This document shows positions 28,733-37,571 of a DNA stretch of 64,000 nt, piece after piece. The notes below the pieces were generated by a model, which saw only the letters and a program-made list of their open reading frames with translations, was not told the DNA's origin and did no database searches. Origin of the DNA: an uncultured Nitrososphaerota archaeon (GTDB lineage Archaea > Thermoproteota > EX4484-205 > JAAOZP01); assembly GCA_964416155.1 (NCBI GenBank), contig CAYQCW010000009.1, forward strand, positions 26,495 through 90,494, given 5' to 3'. The position numbers and the translations under genes were made by a program. How positions within the stretch are numbered: position 1 is the stretch's first letter; each line of letters begins with the position of its first letter.

Positions 28733-29380
28733 ATGTCTGAGGTAGGTCTACTTGCGAGACTTAAGGATGCTATAGTTAACCTGGATTTCGACGGCTCTAA
28801 GAGTCTAGCGCAGGAGGCTGTTGCGAAAGGGATACCGCCCAACGAGATCATCACTAAAGCAATAAGCTTAGCCATGGAGGAGGTTGGGAGAAAGTTCGAA
28901 GCGTCAGAATACTTTCTGTCAGAGCTGATAGTTTCAGGTGAAATAGGCAAGGAAATATCTCAAATGTTGCAGCCGTACATGAAGGGCTCGGAAATTAAGA
29001 AGATAGGCAAGGTTGTAATAGGGACCGTTAAGGGGGATCTTCACGACATCGGGAAGAATATTTTCGGAATGATGCTTGAAGCAGCGGGATTCGAAGTCAT
29101 AGACCTTGGTAACGATGTTCCGGCTGAAGCTTTCGTAGAGGCTGTGAAGAACCATAAGCCTGACATCGTCGGCATGTCGGCTCTCCTTACTGTTACGATG
29201 GTTGAGATGGAGAACGTGATAAAAGAGCTTAAGAAAGCCGGGTTACGGGAAAAGGTTAAAGTAATAATAGGCGGGGCTCCGATAACAGAGGAGTATGCTA
29301 AGAGGATAGGTGCCGACGGCTATGGTAAGGATGCTGTAGTCGGGGTAGGTATTTGCAAGACTTGGGTAGGCAAGAAGTAA
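28733..29380 (+). CDS. mtaC: Methyltransferase cognate corrinoid protein (MtaC-like)
   Basis: Cap domain MEEVGRKFEASEYFLSEL, B12 motif GDLHDIGKN, SALL, GGAP, IGADGY. Directly upstream of the mtaB relic. Confidence 0.92.
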   Translation: MSEVGLLARLKDAIVNLDFDGSKSLAQEAVAKGIPPNEIITKAISLAMEEVGRKFEASEYFLSELIVSGEIGKEISQMLQPYMKGSEIKKIGKVVIGTVKGDLHDIGKNIFGMMLEAAGFEVIDLGNDVPAEAFVEAVKNHKPDIVGMSALLTVTMVEMENVIKELKKAGLREKVKVIIGGAPITEEYAKRIGADGYGKDAVVGVGICKTWVGKK

Positions 29381-29412
29381 AAAAGTAAGGGCTGTTAAAT
29401 CAGAGGACAAGC

Positions 29413-30243
29413 GTAATTAGACAGGATATTGAAGGGATAGTCTTTTCGGGCCTATTGGCATCTTGGACATGAGCTTTCTTTGGAAGGATATTGTTAACAT
29501 TGCGAGGAGAAACAACTGTATAGCGGGTGGGGATACTGCTTGCACTATTGCAAACACCGCGATGAAGCTTGCAGGCGGTGTGAAATCAATGTCACTGCCT
29601 CACACGCTTGCTGCAATAGTGAGAGCCATGTCGGCAGCCAGGTCTCTCGTCGCTTATGAACAAGGGGCAACAGGCCCAGGGAAGGACTGCGATATGAAAA
29701 CGTGATTCTGAAAGCAGTAACCGAGTTCCCAATGTCGATGGAGGGTGAGAGTAGTGCTTGCGCGCACTCTAGTCTATGGGGAATATTGCTTCCGCATGCT
29801 GCGATCTTTGGTCGAACGAGCAGGTTGAAAACCTCAGGCTTTTCAGAGGGTCAGCGCCACAGGTTTTTCTAGAAATACTATACTACGATTGCAAGCTGAT
29901 GAATAAAGCGATAATGCCTGGTAAAACTTTGGAGCTCAGAGATATGCTTGACCTATCGGATAAGTTTAACGACCCTCGAGCCCTGGTTCTCTCTCCCGAT
30001 ATAGCTATCGAGATTGCAAACGCGATAGTTTCCGAGCATGGTGATTATTATAGAATAGTTACGTCTGCATGTGAAAAATGGTTGAGCTGCTTGAGGGTTC
30101 GCCCTCCCGAGGCCTGCTTCCTATCAAGCGTTAAGAAGACTATTAGTTCTCTTCCGGATGAGGTGGAAACATTCAGAGAACAGATGTGTAAGACTTTTAC
30201 TGGGAAGGTGCCGACCTTCAGAAAGAAGGATTACTGGCCTTAA
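29413..30243 (+). pseudogene. mtaB: Methanol:corrinoid methyltransferase MtaB, 5'-deleted and frameshifted
   Basis: DIEGIVF../DM.FLWKDIV..GGDTAC..ANTAM..SAARSLVAYEQGATGPGKDC[fs ~29691]YENVILKA..MEG.SSACAHSS[fs ~29774]MGNIASACCDLWSNE..YDCKLMN. The N-terminal part of the protein is absent. Confidence 0.9.
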
Positions 30244-32087
30244 TCCAGTAAAGGAGTTTTCATACTCATAGTCTTCATCACTCTTGGAAACATGTTTGTT
30301 TTCTTATGGGGGAATTGTGTCGCATCAATGAATTCTTTTTGAAACTCGCGAATCGTGTTTAGGTCGATTGCCCTCACTTTTCTTGCCACAAGCTCAGCTT
30401 CCTCCCTAACTTTTCTCGAGAGGAGGCTCATTACTGCACCTTGACCTGAGCCATTTCCTATCTGCACAATCTTGCTTAAAGGAAGCTCAGGGATCATGCC
30501 GACTATCATGGCCGACCTTGGATCAATATAGTTTCCAAAGGCTCCTGCAATATATACTTTAGATATCTCGCTTAAGCTTACCCTCCCAATCCTTAGGAGA
30601 AGCAGGCATGCAGTAAATATGGCTGCCTTGGCAAGTTGAAAACTTCTGATGTCTGTCTGCGTTATGCAGATTCTCCGACCCTCCTTATTAACCGTTAACA
30701 CGAAGGCCTTATCTCTATTAGTATTCACAATCCTCGGAATATTTAGGTCGGCAATCCGTCCCTTCTGATCTAAAACTCCGGCTATAAGCATCCATGCTAC
30801 CGCATCAACAACTCCTGAGCCACATATTCCTCTCGGATCCGTGTCACCTATCGTCCTGTAGTAAACGTCAAAGTTTTCCACGTTAATCGAAACCGATTCT
30901 ATCGCGCCATCCATTCCTCTCATACCGTTTGAAAGCCCAGCTCCTTCAATAGCTGGTCCCGCAGCTGTGGAGGATGCGAGCATCAGGTCCCCCGCTTTCA
31001 AGACGACTTCACCGTTGGTTCCAAGGTCTATGAGGAGGGATTTCTCATCCTGCTCATGCATTCCTGAAACAAGTATGTCTGCAACCACGTCTCCACCAAC
31101 GTAGCCGCTGATTAAGGGAAAAGTGTAACCAATCGCAGAATCGTTAACTCTAAGACCTGTTTCTCTAGCCTTGAAGCGAAGGCTAGACCTGAAAGGCGGC
31201 ACGTAGGGTGCTGCTGCTATCGCCGAAACCTCCGCCCCATATAGGAGACTGGTCATAACTGTGTTCCCGGCGAAGGATAATTCGTAAATATCGGAGGGAG
31301 AACATTTGGCTTCATCAGCCGCATCCTGAATCAATTTGTTTATCGTTGCCAATACTTTGCTTTGAAGCTCCTCTAGGTTCCTGCCCCCTTTCACAGCATA
31401 GGTTATCCTAGATATTACGTCGTCACCATACGTTATCTGACCGTTGTAATCCGATTTTACGGAGACGATTCGCCCGGTTTTCAGGCTGACCAGGTAGGCG
31501 ACAACCGTGGTGGTGCCTACGTCTACAGCAACACCGTAAAGATCCTGGTCACGCCGCGGTCTAACATCCAGGATTTCATCCTCATGTAGGATCGCTTCCA
31601 AGTCCCATTTTAATTCCCGCAGTTTACAGGGTAGCTTCTTAAGAAGCAGGCTGTCAATGGATTTCGCATTCACTGCTTGCAGGAGGCGTTCAGCATCAGA
31701 CCTCTGGTCGGTGAGCGAGGGAGCATCTATCTTAGCGTTCACGCTTCTCGTTGCAGGGTAAAACCCGAAATCCTTAAAGCATCCCCATTCTAGTATCTTC
31801 CCCCTAGCCTGTCTAGAGGTTTGAGGAACCTTAATAGCAACGTCACCTATGATTCGCGCCTGACAGGCTAATCTGAACGATTTCGAAAAGCTTCTTACTT
31901 CTGCTTCCATCGAGGTTGGCTCGGTCAACCCGCTGCTGACAACCTCGACGACGCATTTTTTACAAACTCCGCGCCCTCCGCAAACGCTTTCAATGTTAAT
32001 GCCCGCTTCTTTAAGCACAGCTAATAGATTTGACCCGTAAGGAGCTTGAACCCTAAAGCCTTCGGGTTGAATCATTACTAGGGGCAT
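30240..32087 (-). CDS. ATP-dependent reductive activator of corrinoid proteins (RACo/RamA-like, ASKHA domain with N-terminal 2Fe-2S)
   Basis: CGGRGVCKKC...RLACQ, AVDVGTTTV, YGDDVISRI, GYVGGD, IDLGTNGE, AGPAIEG, GICGSG, ITQTDIR..QLAKAA, AGAFG. Confidence 0.93.
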   Translation of the reverse strand: MPLVMIQPEGFRVQAPYGSNLLAVLKEAGINIESVCGGRGVCKKCVVEVVSSGLTEPTSMEAEVRSFSKSFRLACQARIIGDVAIKVPQTSRQARGKILEWGCFKDFGFYPATRSVNAKIDAPSLTDQRSDAERLLQAVNAKSIDSLLLKKLPCKLRELKWDLEAILHEDEILDVRPRRDQDLYGVAVDVGTTTVVAYLVSLKTGRIVSVKSDYNGQITYGDDVISRITYAVKGGRNLEELQSKVLATINKLIQDAADEAKCSPSDIYELSFAGNTVMTSLLYGAEVSAIAAAPYVPPFRSSLRFKARETGLRVNDSAIGYTFPLISGYVGGDVVADILVSGMHEQDEKSLLIDLGTNGEVVLKAGDLMLASSTAAGPAIEGAGLSNGMRGMDGAIESVSINVENFDVYYRTIGDTDPRGICGSGVVDAVAWMLIAGVLDQKGRIADLNIPRIVNTNRDKAFVLTVNKEGRRICITQTDIRSFQLAKAAIFTACLLLLRIGRVSLSEISKVYIAGAFGNYIDPRSAMIVGMIPELPLSKIVQIGNGSGQGAVMSLLSRKVREEAELVARKVRAIDLNTIREFQKEFIDATQFPHKKTNMFPRVMKTMSMKTPLLD

Positions 32088-32199
32088 GGGTGCAGCTCCA
32101 ATAAATAGTAAATAAACTTTAAAAAATGTTTAGCCTTAACAGCGCGGCTTCATCCTGTTCAGCGAAAAACTTTTATTTGTTCACTTTAAACCAGCCTTC

Positions 32200-33315
32200 A
32201 TGTTCTTTAAAGAGGATTGGGCCGAGGCTAAGGAGCGGCTCTCAGCCTGGTGGGGGAAAGATGCTTTAGACAGACCTCTTATACAAGTTTACGCTCCCCG
32301 AAGCAGTGCAAAGTATGCTTCAGAAGAGGATTTGAAGTTCAACTATGATCACTGGGGTTTTCCAAGAGCAATTAAGGATCCTGCTGCTATAAGCAGAAAC
32401 ATAAAGGGTTTTCGGAGGCAGTGCGCGGAAACATATTACGGTGGGGAAGCCTATCCGAACCTTTGGGTAAACCTGGGCCCAGGCGTCCTTGGGGCATACC
32501 TAGGTGCAGAACCAGTTCTGGAGAGTGAAACAGTATGGTTTGGAGCGCAAAGAAATAACGTGCTTGGGAAAAACTGGGAGGAGTTGCACCGCTTAGAGTT
32601 TGATCCCAGTAATGAATGGTGGATGTTTACGAAGAGAATAACTGAAGCTGCCTCTGAGACCTTGGCGGGATACAGTATTGTCGGCATGACTGATCTGGGT
32701 GGAATACTGGACGTCGCAGCCTCGATGCGGGGCGCTGAAAACCTGGTTGTCGACCTTGTTAGGAATCCTCGAGACGTTAAATCCTTGTCTTCGAAAATCA
32801 TAGACTACTGGCACGCGTGTTACGACGAGTTGGACAGGATTATAAGAAGGAGAATAGAGGGTACTTCCGCCTGGATGGGCATTTGGTGTCCTGAAAAATG
32901 GTACCCGATACAGTGCGATTTCGCCTTCATGCTTTCTCCGAAGCTTTTCGACGAGTTTGTGCTGCCTCATGTTAAAGAACAGTGTGAAAGGCTTGACCGG
33001 GCAATATACCATCTAGACGGCCCCGGGGAAATACCGCATTTAAACTCGTTGCTTAAAGTTGAGAGGCTAGACGGGATCCAGTGGGTACCAGGTGCGGTAG
33101 AAGAGCTGCAGGGAAACGATTGTGGATCGCCAAAATGGATACCTCTTTACAAGAGGATCTTGGAAGCCGGGAAGCTTATCGTGTTATACATGCCCAGGGA
33201 AAAAGTGATTCCGATGCTTAAGACACTCGGCTCTAAGAAAGTATTAATCCAGACTTTCTGCATCAGCGAAGCAGAAGCTAAAAAACTCGTAGCCGAGACT
33301 GAAAACTTGCTGTGA
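32200..33315 (+). CDS. Uroporphyrinogen decarboxylase/MtaA-CmuA-superfamily TIM barrel (putative corrinoid-dependent methyltransferase)
   Basis: DRPLI, NLGPG..GAYLG, TDL.G.LD..ASMRG, QCDFAFMLSPKLFDEFVLP, YHLDG, IQWVPG. Divergent from the RACo gene. Confidence 0.8.
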   Translation: MFFKEDWAEAKERLSAWWGKDALDRPLIQVYAPRSSAKYASEEDLKFNYDHWGFPRAIKDPAAISRNIKGFRRQCAETYYGGEAYPNLWVNLGPGVLGAYLGAEPVLESETVWFGAQRNNVLGKNWEELHRLEFDPSNEWWMFTKRITEAASETLAGYSIVGMTDLGGILDVAASMRGAENLVVDLVRNPRDVKSLSSKIIDYWHACYDELDRIIRRRIEGTSAWMGIWCPEKWYPIQCDFAFMLSPKLFDEFVLPHVKEQCERLDRAIYHLDGPGEIPHLNSLLKVERLDGIQWVPGAVEELQGNDCGSPKWIPLYKRILEAGKLIVLYMPREKVIPMLKTLGSKKVLIQTFCISEAEAKKLVAETENLL

Positions 33316-33381
33316 AAACGTTTCATACAGTAGGAGTTCCGAGTGTTCGAAAGAATTTTAAAAGGTTAAAGGAGAGTTTGG

Positions 33382-35184
33382 TTATTTCGCTTTTATTTCG
33401 GGAACTGCGCCGAACTGCAGCTCGTATAGCTTGGCATACGCACCACCCTTATTCATAAGTTCTTCATGAGTCCCCTCCTCAATTATCCTTCCGTTCTCTA
33501 AGAACAATATTCTATGTGCAAGCTTAACTGTGGAAAGCCTGTGGGCAATTATTATACATGTTCTTCCCTTCATAAGCTTCACCATGGCTTTCTGGAGAAG
33601 CGACTCAGTGTAGGAGTCCAAGCTGCTCGTCGCCTCATCCAGTATGAGGATCCTCGGATCCTTAAGCATGGTTCTTGCGAAGCTTATGAGCTGTCTTTCC
33701 CCGAGTGAGAGGTTTCCCCCTCCGGGGGACACTACTGTCTCATATTTCTGCGGCATCCTATTTATCAATTCGTCTAAGCCAAGTTCTGAAGCCACTCTCT
33801 TAACATCTTCATCAGAAGCCTCCATGTTGCCAAGCCTTATGTTCTCCAGAATCGTGCCGTTAAACAGGACTGGTTCCTGCGGCACCAAAGCCACCTGTTT
33901 CCTGAGGGGTTTTAAAGAGAATTCCTTAACATTATAACCGTCTATCAAAACTTCTCCTGACTTGGAGTCATAAAGCCTCAGTATGAGGTTCGTTAAGGTT
34001 GTTTTACCTGCTCCTGTTGGGCCGACTACAGCAACTATCTCACCCGGGTCAACTTGTAAGCTCAACCCTTGGAAAACAGTGTTCCCATCGTAATCGAAAT
34101 GAACATTCTTCAACTCTATTTTACCGGCTTTTATCTCGATCCATCTCGCTTCTTTAGACTCTACAACGCTGGGCTTCACCTTTAGGAAAAGATAGACTCT
34201 TTCAGCCGCCGCTAAGGCTGCCTGCAACGTGCTGTAGAAGGTTGTTAAAGTGATTATGGGCCTATAGAACATTTCAGCATATCCGTAGAATGCGATTAGA
34301 ATACCGATGCTGATTTCCCCGGAGACCACTAGGCTTCCCCCGTAAAGTATCAGTATCACGTAGGAAAGAGTTCTAACAGCGTCGAGCGAAGGCCTAATCA
34401 TAGCGAAAACTATCCTCGCCCTAAGGTTTGTCCTCATCGTTTCAACGCTAAGCCTGTCAAAGAAAGCAATATCGACGTTTCTCCTCTCTGCGAATGATTG
34501 GGAAACCCTTGAACCCGACACGCTTTGCTCAACACTGCTCGTCAACTCGCTAAGCTTTTCCCTGCTTTGCCTGTATGCCTGTCTTGTTTTAATTGCGAAA
34601 TACCTTGAGATAAACAGCATTAAAGGCACTAGGGTGAGTGTTGCTAGGCTTAGCCCCACGTGTAGGGTGAACATGACGTACAGTGAGCCGAGGAGTGTTG
34701 CCGAGCCTATCATTGCTTCTATAGTTCCCGAGGTTGTTACTTCTCCGATAGAACTTATGTCGTTTATTATAAGTGAAATGATTTTACCGGTTCTCTCAAC
34801 GTTAACGTGCGCGATATCCATTTCCTCCATGTGTTTAAAGACAGTGCTTCTCATACTGTAAAGAAGCTTCTGATTTATCCTGCCAGTCAAGTTGCCTCTG
34901 GCTAAACCTAAAAACCATCCTCCTGCAGCAATCCCCACTAACACGAGGACATATTTCACCAAGGCATCTGGATTACCCTGCATAATACCCTCGTCTATCA
35001 GAAGCCTGCCAACGTATGGGCTCACTACATTGAACCCTATTGATGCCAGCGCTACGAACACAAGCATGATTACATGGAGCTTCATAGGGGTTAACCATCG
35101 TAGGAGCCATGCGATGAGCGTTCTGGACGCTATTTCCCTAGGCTTCCCCTCGGCCTCAGCAGCTTGACGGAAATGCCAACCCAT
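33382..35184 (-). CDS. Type IV ABC exporter half-transporter (TM288-like subunit)
   Basis: Six-TM domain plus NBD: GPTGAGKT, degenerate signature LSLGE, canonical ILILDEA and IAH. Confidence 0.95.
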   Translation of the reverse strand: MGWHFRQAAEAEGKPREIASRTLIAWLLRWLTPMKLHVIMLVFVALASIGFNVVSPYVGRLLIDEGIMQGNPDALVKYVLVLVGIAAGGWFLGLARGNLTGRINQKLLYSMRSTVFKHMEEMDIAHVNVERTGKIISLIINDISSIGEVTTSGTIEAMIGSATLLGSLYVMFTLHVGLSLATLTLVPLMLFISRYFAIKTRQAYRQSREKLSELTSSVEQSVSGSRVSQSFAERRNVDIAFFDRLSVETMRTNLRARIVFAMIRPSLDAVRTLSYVILILYGGSLVVSGEISIGILIAFYGYAEMFYRPIITLTTFYSTLQAALAAAERVYLFLKVKPSVVESKEARWIEIKAGKIELKNVHFDYDGNTVFQGLSLQVDPGEIVAVVGPTGAGKTTLTNLILRLYDSKSGEVLIDGYNVKEFSLKPLRKQVALVPQEPVLFNGTILENIRLGNMEASDEDVKRVASELGLDELINRMPQKYETVVSPGGGNLSLGERQLISFARTMLKDPRILILDEATSSLDSYTESLLQKAMVKLMKGRTCIIIAHRLSTVKLAHRILFLENGRIIEEGTHEELMNKGGAYAKLYELQFGAVPEIKAK

Positions 35185-35185
35185 C

Positions 35186-36934
35186 CTACAGCTTCACCTC
35201 CTGAAAAGCATACTGTGAAACATATAGCTTAGCGTAGACTCCTCCTTTACTCATGAGTTCTTCATGTGTCCCATCCTCAACCACCTTACCGTCTTCAATA
35301 ACAATTATTCTTTCACTAAGTTTAAGCGTTGAAAGTCTCTGGGTGACTATGAAGACAGTCTTGTTCTTAACGAGTTCCCTCAGCGATTCGTATATTTCCT
35401 TTTCTGTTTCAGCATCCACGCTTGAAGTCGAATCGTCCAGAATCAGTATTGAGGGGTTTACGAGGAGGGCCCGGGCAATAGCCAGCCTCTGTCTCTGCCC
35501 TCCTGAAAGAGTAACTCCTCTCTCGCCTATAACAGTATCATACCCTTTTGGAAGGCCAGTTATGAAGTCGTGTATTCTCGCCGCCTTCGCCGCCCTCTCT
35601 ATTTCATCCTGCGTAGCGTTAGGCTTACCGTAAGCAATGTTTTCCCTTATGGTTGTGGGGAATAGGAAAACGTCTTGATGAACTATGCCTATGTTTTTCC
35701 TGAGCGAGCTTATCCTTACCTCTCTAATATCCACGCCATCTATCGTGATGCAGCCCTCCTGAGGATCGTAAAACCTTGGGATCAGCTTGATCACTGTGCT
35801 TTTCCCAGAGCCGGTTGCCCCCACTAAAGCCACTTTCTCCCCTGGCTTCACAGTAAAACTCATCCCCTTAAGTATCGGCTTATCATTATCGTAGCCGAAC
35901 ACCACATTCTTAAAACATACTTCTCCCTTAACGTTTTTCAGCTCTATTGCACCGGGCTTCTCCTTAACCTCGGGCTCAGTATCGAGGACTTCGAATATTC
36001 TTCGCGCCGAGACCATTGCCTCCGCGTATCTCGACAATACGAACCCTATCGACATTATTGGCCAGACGAGCATGCCGAGGTACATCGTGAAGGTGACGAG
36101 CTGCCCTAGGCTGATCTCCCCCCTAATAGCTTGGAAGCCGCCATACCAGTATACGACTGCCGAGCCGACTCCGATTATTAATCCGAGCGAAGGCCATGTT
36201 AGCGAGCTAAGGAAGACGCTTCTCATGCCTATGTTGAATATCTCCCTGTTTTTCACCTCGAACCTTTTAAACATCTCTTCTTCTGCGCCCAGAGTCTTCA
36301 AAACCTTAAAGCCTGAAACGGTTTCCTGAATCATCGCACTCATCCCGCTTGTCTCTATCCAAATCCTTTCGAACAGGGGTCTTACAAAGCGGTTGAAAGA
36401 CAGGGAAACAATACCTATGAAAGGCGTTATTGCCAGTGCTATTAGTGCTAGGCTAAAGTTGGTTGTTAAAAGTATTGTGACGACTATTATCAGAATAGCT
36501 ACGGAGCCTATAATGTTTGGAAGCGCGAAACCGAGTAGTCTACCTATGTTCTCCGTGTCCCTAGTCACCCTGGTTATGATCTGTCCAGAGTCAACCTTGT
36601 CGTAGAAGCTGTACGATAAATCCTGAAGATGGCGGTAAATGCTTATTCGAATCCTGTAGACTATTTTCTGCGCTAAGGACTCGCTTAAATACTCGTTCAG
36701 AAATGATATCCCTCCTGATAAAAGCGTCAGGACAATTATCGCCGCCGCATAAAACCATAATTCTGACAATGCTTTTACGATCGTTATGTCGATAACTCTC
36801 CCTGCGATGATTGGGCTAACTATGTTCACTAAGGCTCCTAGTATGATCATGCTTAATGTTAATGGTAGCAGGGTTTTCTCCTGCTTAACGTACCCGAGGA
36901 TTCTCAGGAAGGGGTGTTGGGTACTGCTCGACAT
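35186..36934 (-). CDS. Type IV ABC exporter half-transporter (TM287-like subunit)
   Basis: GATGSGKS, LSGGQ, degenerate Walker B ILILDDS, switch His replaced by Gln (VTQR). Confidence 0.95.
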   Translation of the reverse strand: MSSSTQHPFLRILGYVKQEKTLLPLTLSMIILGALVNIVSPIIAGRVIDITIVKALSELWFYAAAIIVLTLLSGGISFLNEYLSESLAQKIVYRIRISIYRHLQDLSYSFYDKVDSGQIITRVTRDTENIGRLLGFALPNIIGSVAILIIVVTILLTTNFSLALIALAITPFIGIVSLSFNRFVRPLFERIWIETSGMSAMIQETVSGFKVLKTLGAEEEMFKRFEVKNREIFNIGMRSVFLSSLTWPSLGLIIGVGSAVVYWYGGFQAIRGEISLGQLVTFTMYLGMLVWPIMSIGFVLSRYAEAMVSARRIFEVLDTEPEVKEKPGAIELKNVKGEVCFKNVVFGYDNDKPILKGMSFTVKPGEKVALVGATGSGKSTVIKLIPRFYDPQEGCITIDGVDIREVRISSLRKNIGIVHQDVFLFPTTIRENIAYGKPNATQDEIERAAKAARIHDFITGLPKGYDTVIGERGVTLSGGQRQRLAIARALLVNPSILILDDSTSSVDAETEKEIYESLRELVKNKTVFIVTQRLSTLKLSERIIVIEDGKVVEDGTHEELMSKGGVYAKLYVSQYAFQEVKL

Positions 36935-37018
36935 TTTTGAAAACCACTTCGTGCAAAAACTATTTAAAAGTTGCTGAGACGCTGGTTACGTGCACAAGCC
37001 AATATGTTTTGATTGAAG

Positions 37019-37035
37019 ATGCGCCAGTGGCGCAT
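37019..37035. promoter_or_regulatory. Perfect 8-1-8 inverted repeat upstream of the ABC heterodimer promoter
   Basis: ATGCGCCA-G-TGGCGCAT, between the DUF1854 stop (37056) and a TATA-like TTTTAAATA at ~36961-36969 (minus strand). Confidence 0.35.
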
Positions 37036-37055
37036 GACGAAGGTTTTTAAAGGAT

Positions 37056-37571
37056 TTAAGTCACCGTTTCAAGAAGCACCCTGCTCCGCTCATCGACTTT
37101 ATTAATGTCCTCAACTATGTAAACATTATCGTTAATATCGATAATTACGATCTTCTCCCCAGATCTACTCACACTTCTCCTCCCCCTTGTTCTGAACTCC
37201 TTCAATCCTCTATCCGTCTCAACATGCCATATGAACTCGTCTCCACTTGTCTCCAACTTCTTCACTCTTCTGATCACAGGCATGAAGTAGAGCTTCCCCA
37301 AAACTTCTTCAAGAGTTTTCCGCGAAAAACCGTCCATCTTCCTGTAGTCCTCTACTACGCATATCTCGTTTCCCTGAGCATCGGTGAATACCAGGAAATA
37401 CGGGTTGCTTATTGGGAAAGGCTTCTTAGGAATCACCTCGAGAAATTCCCCGTTGCTTCCCACTATCTTTACCGTGTTCGCCCTATCCCCCTTAAAGACC
37501 CTTATCTGCTCCGCGTTCACGACCCATGTCTTGCTCAGAAAGCTTTCAAGCAACGGCAACCTGTTTCTCAC
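37056..37571 (-). CDS. DUF1854-domain protein
   Basis: FPISNP..F...D..GNEI, L...YFMPVI.RV, WHVETDRG...F, IIDINDN.Y pattern; overlaps the upstream ABC gene. True start may be slightly downstream. Confidence 0.8.
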   Translation of the reverse strand: MRNRLPLLESFLSKTWVVNAEQIRVFKGDRANTVKIVGSNGEFLEVIPKKPFPISNPYFLVFTDAQGNEICVVEDYRKMDGFSRKTLEEVLGKLYFMPVIRRVKKLETSGDEFIWHVETDRGLKEFRTRGRRSVSRSGEKIVIIDINDNVYIVEDINKVDERSRVLLETVT

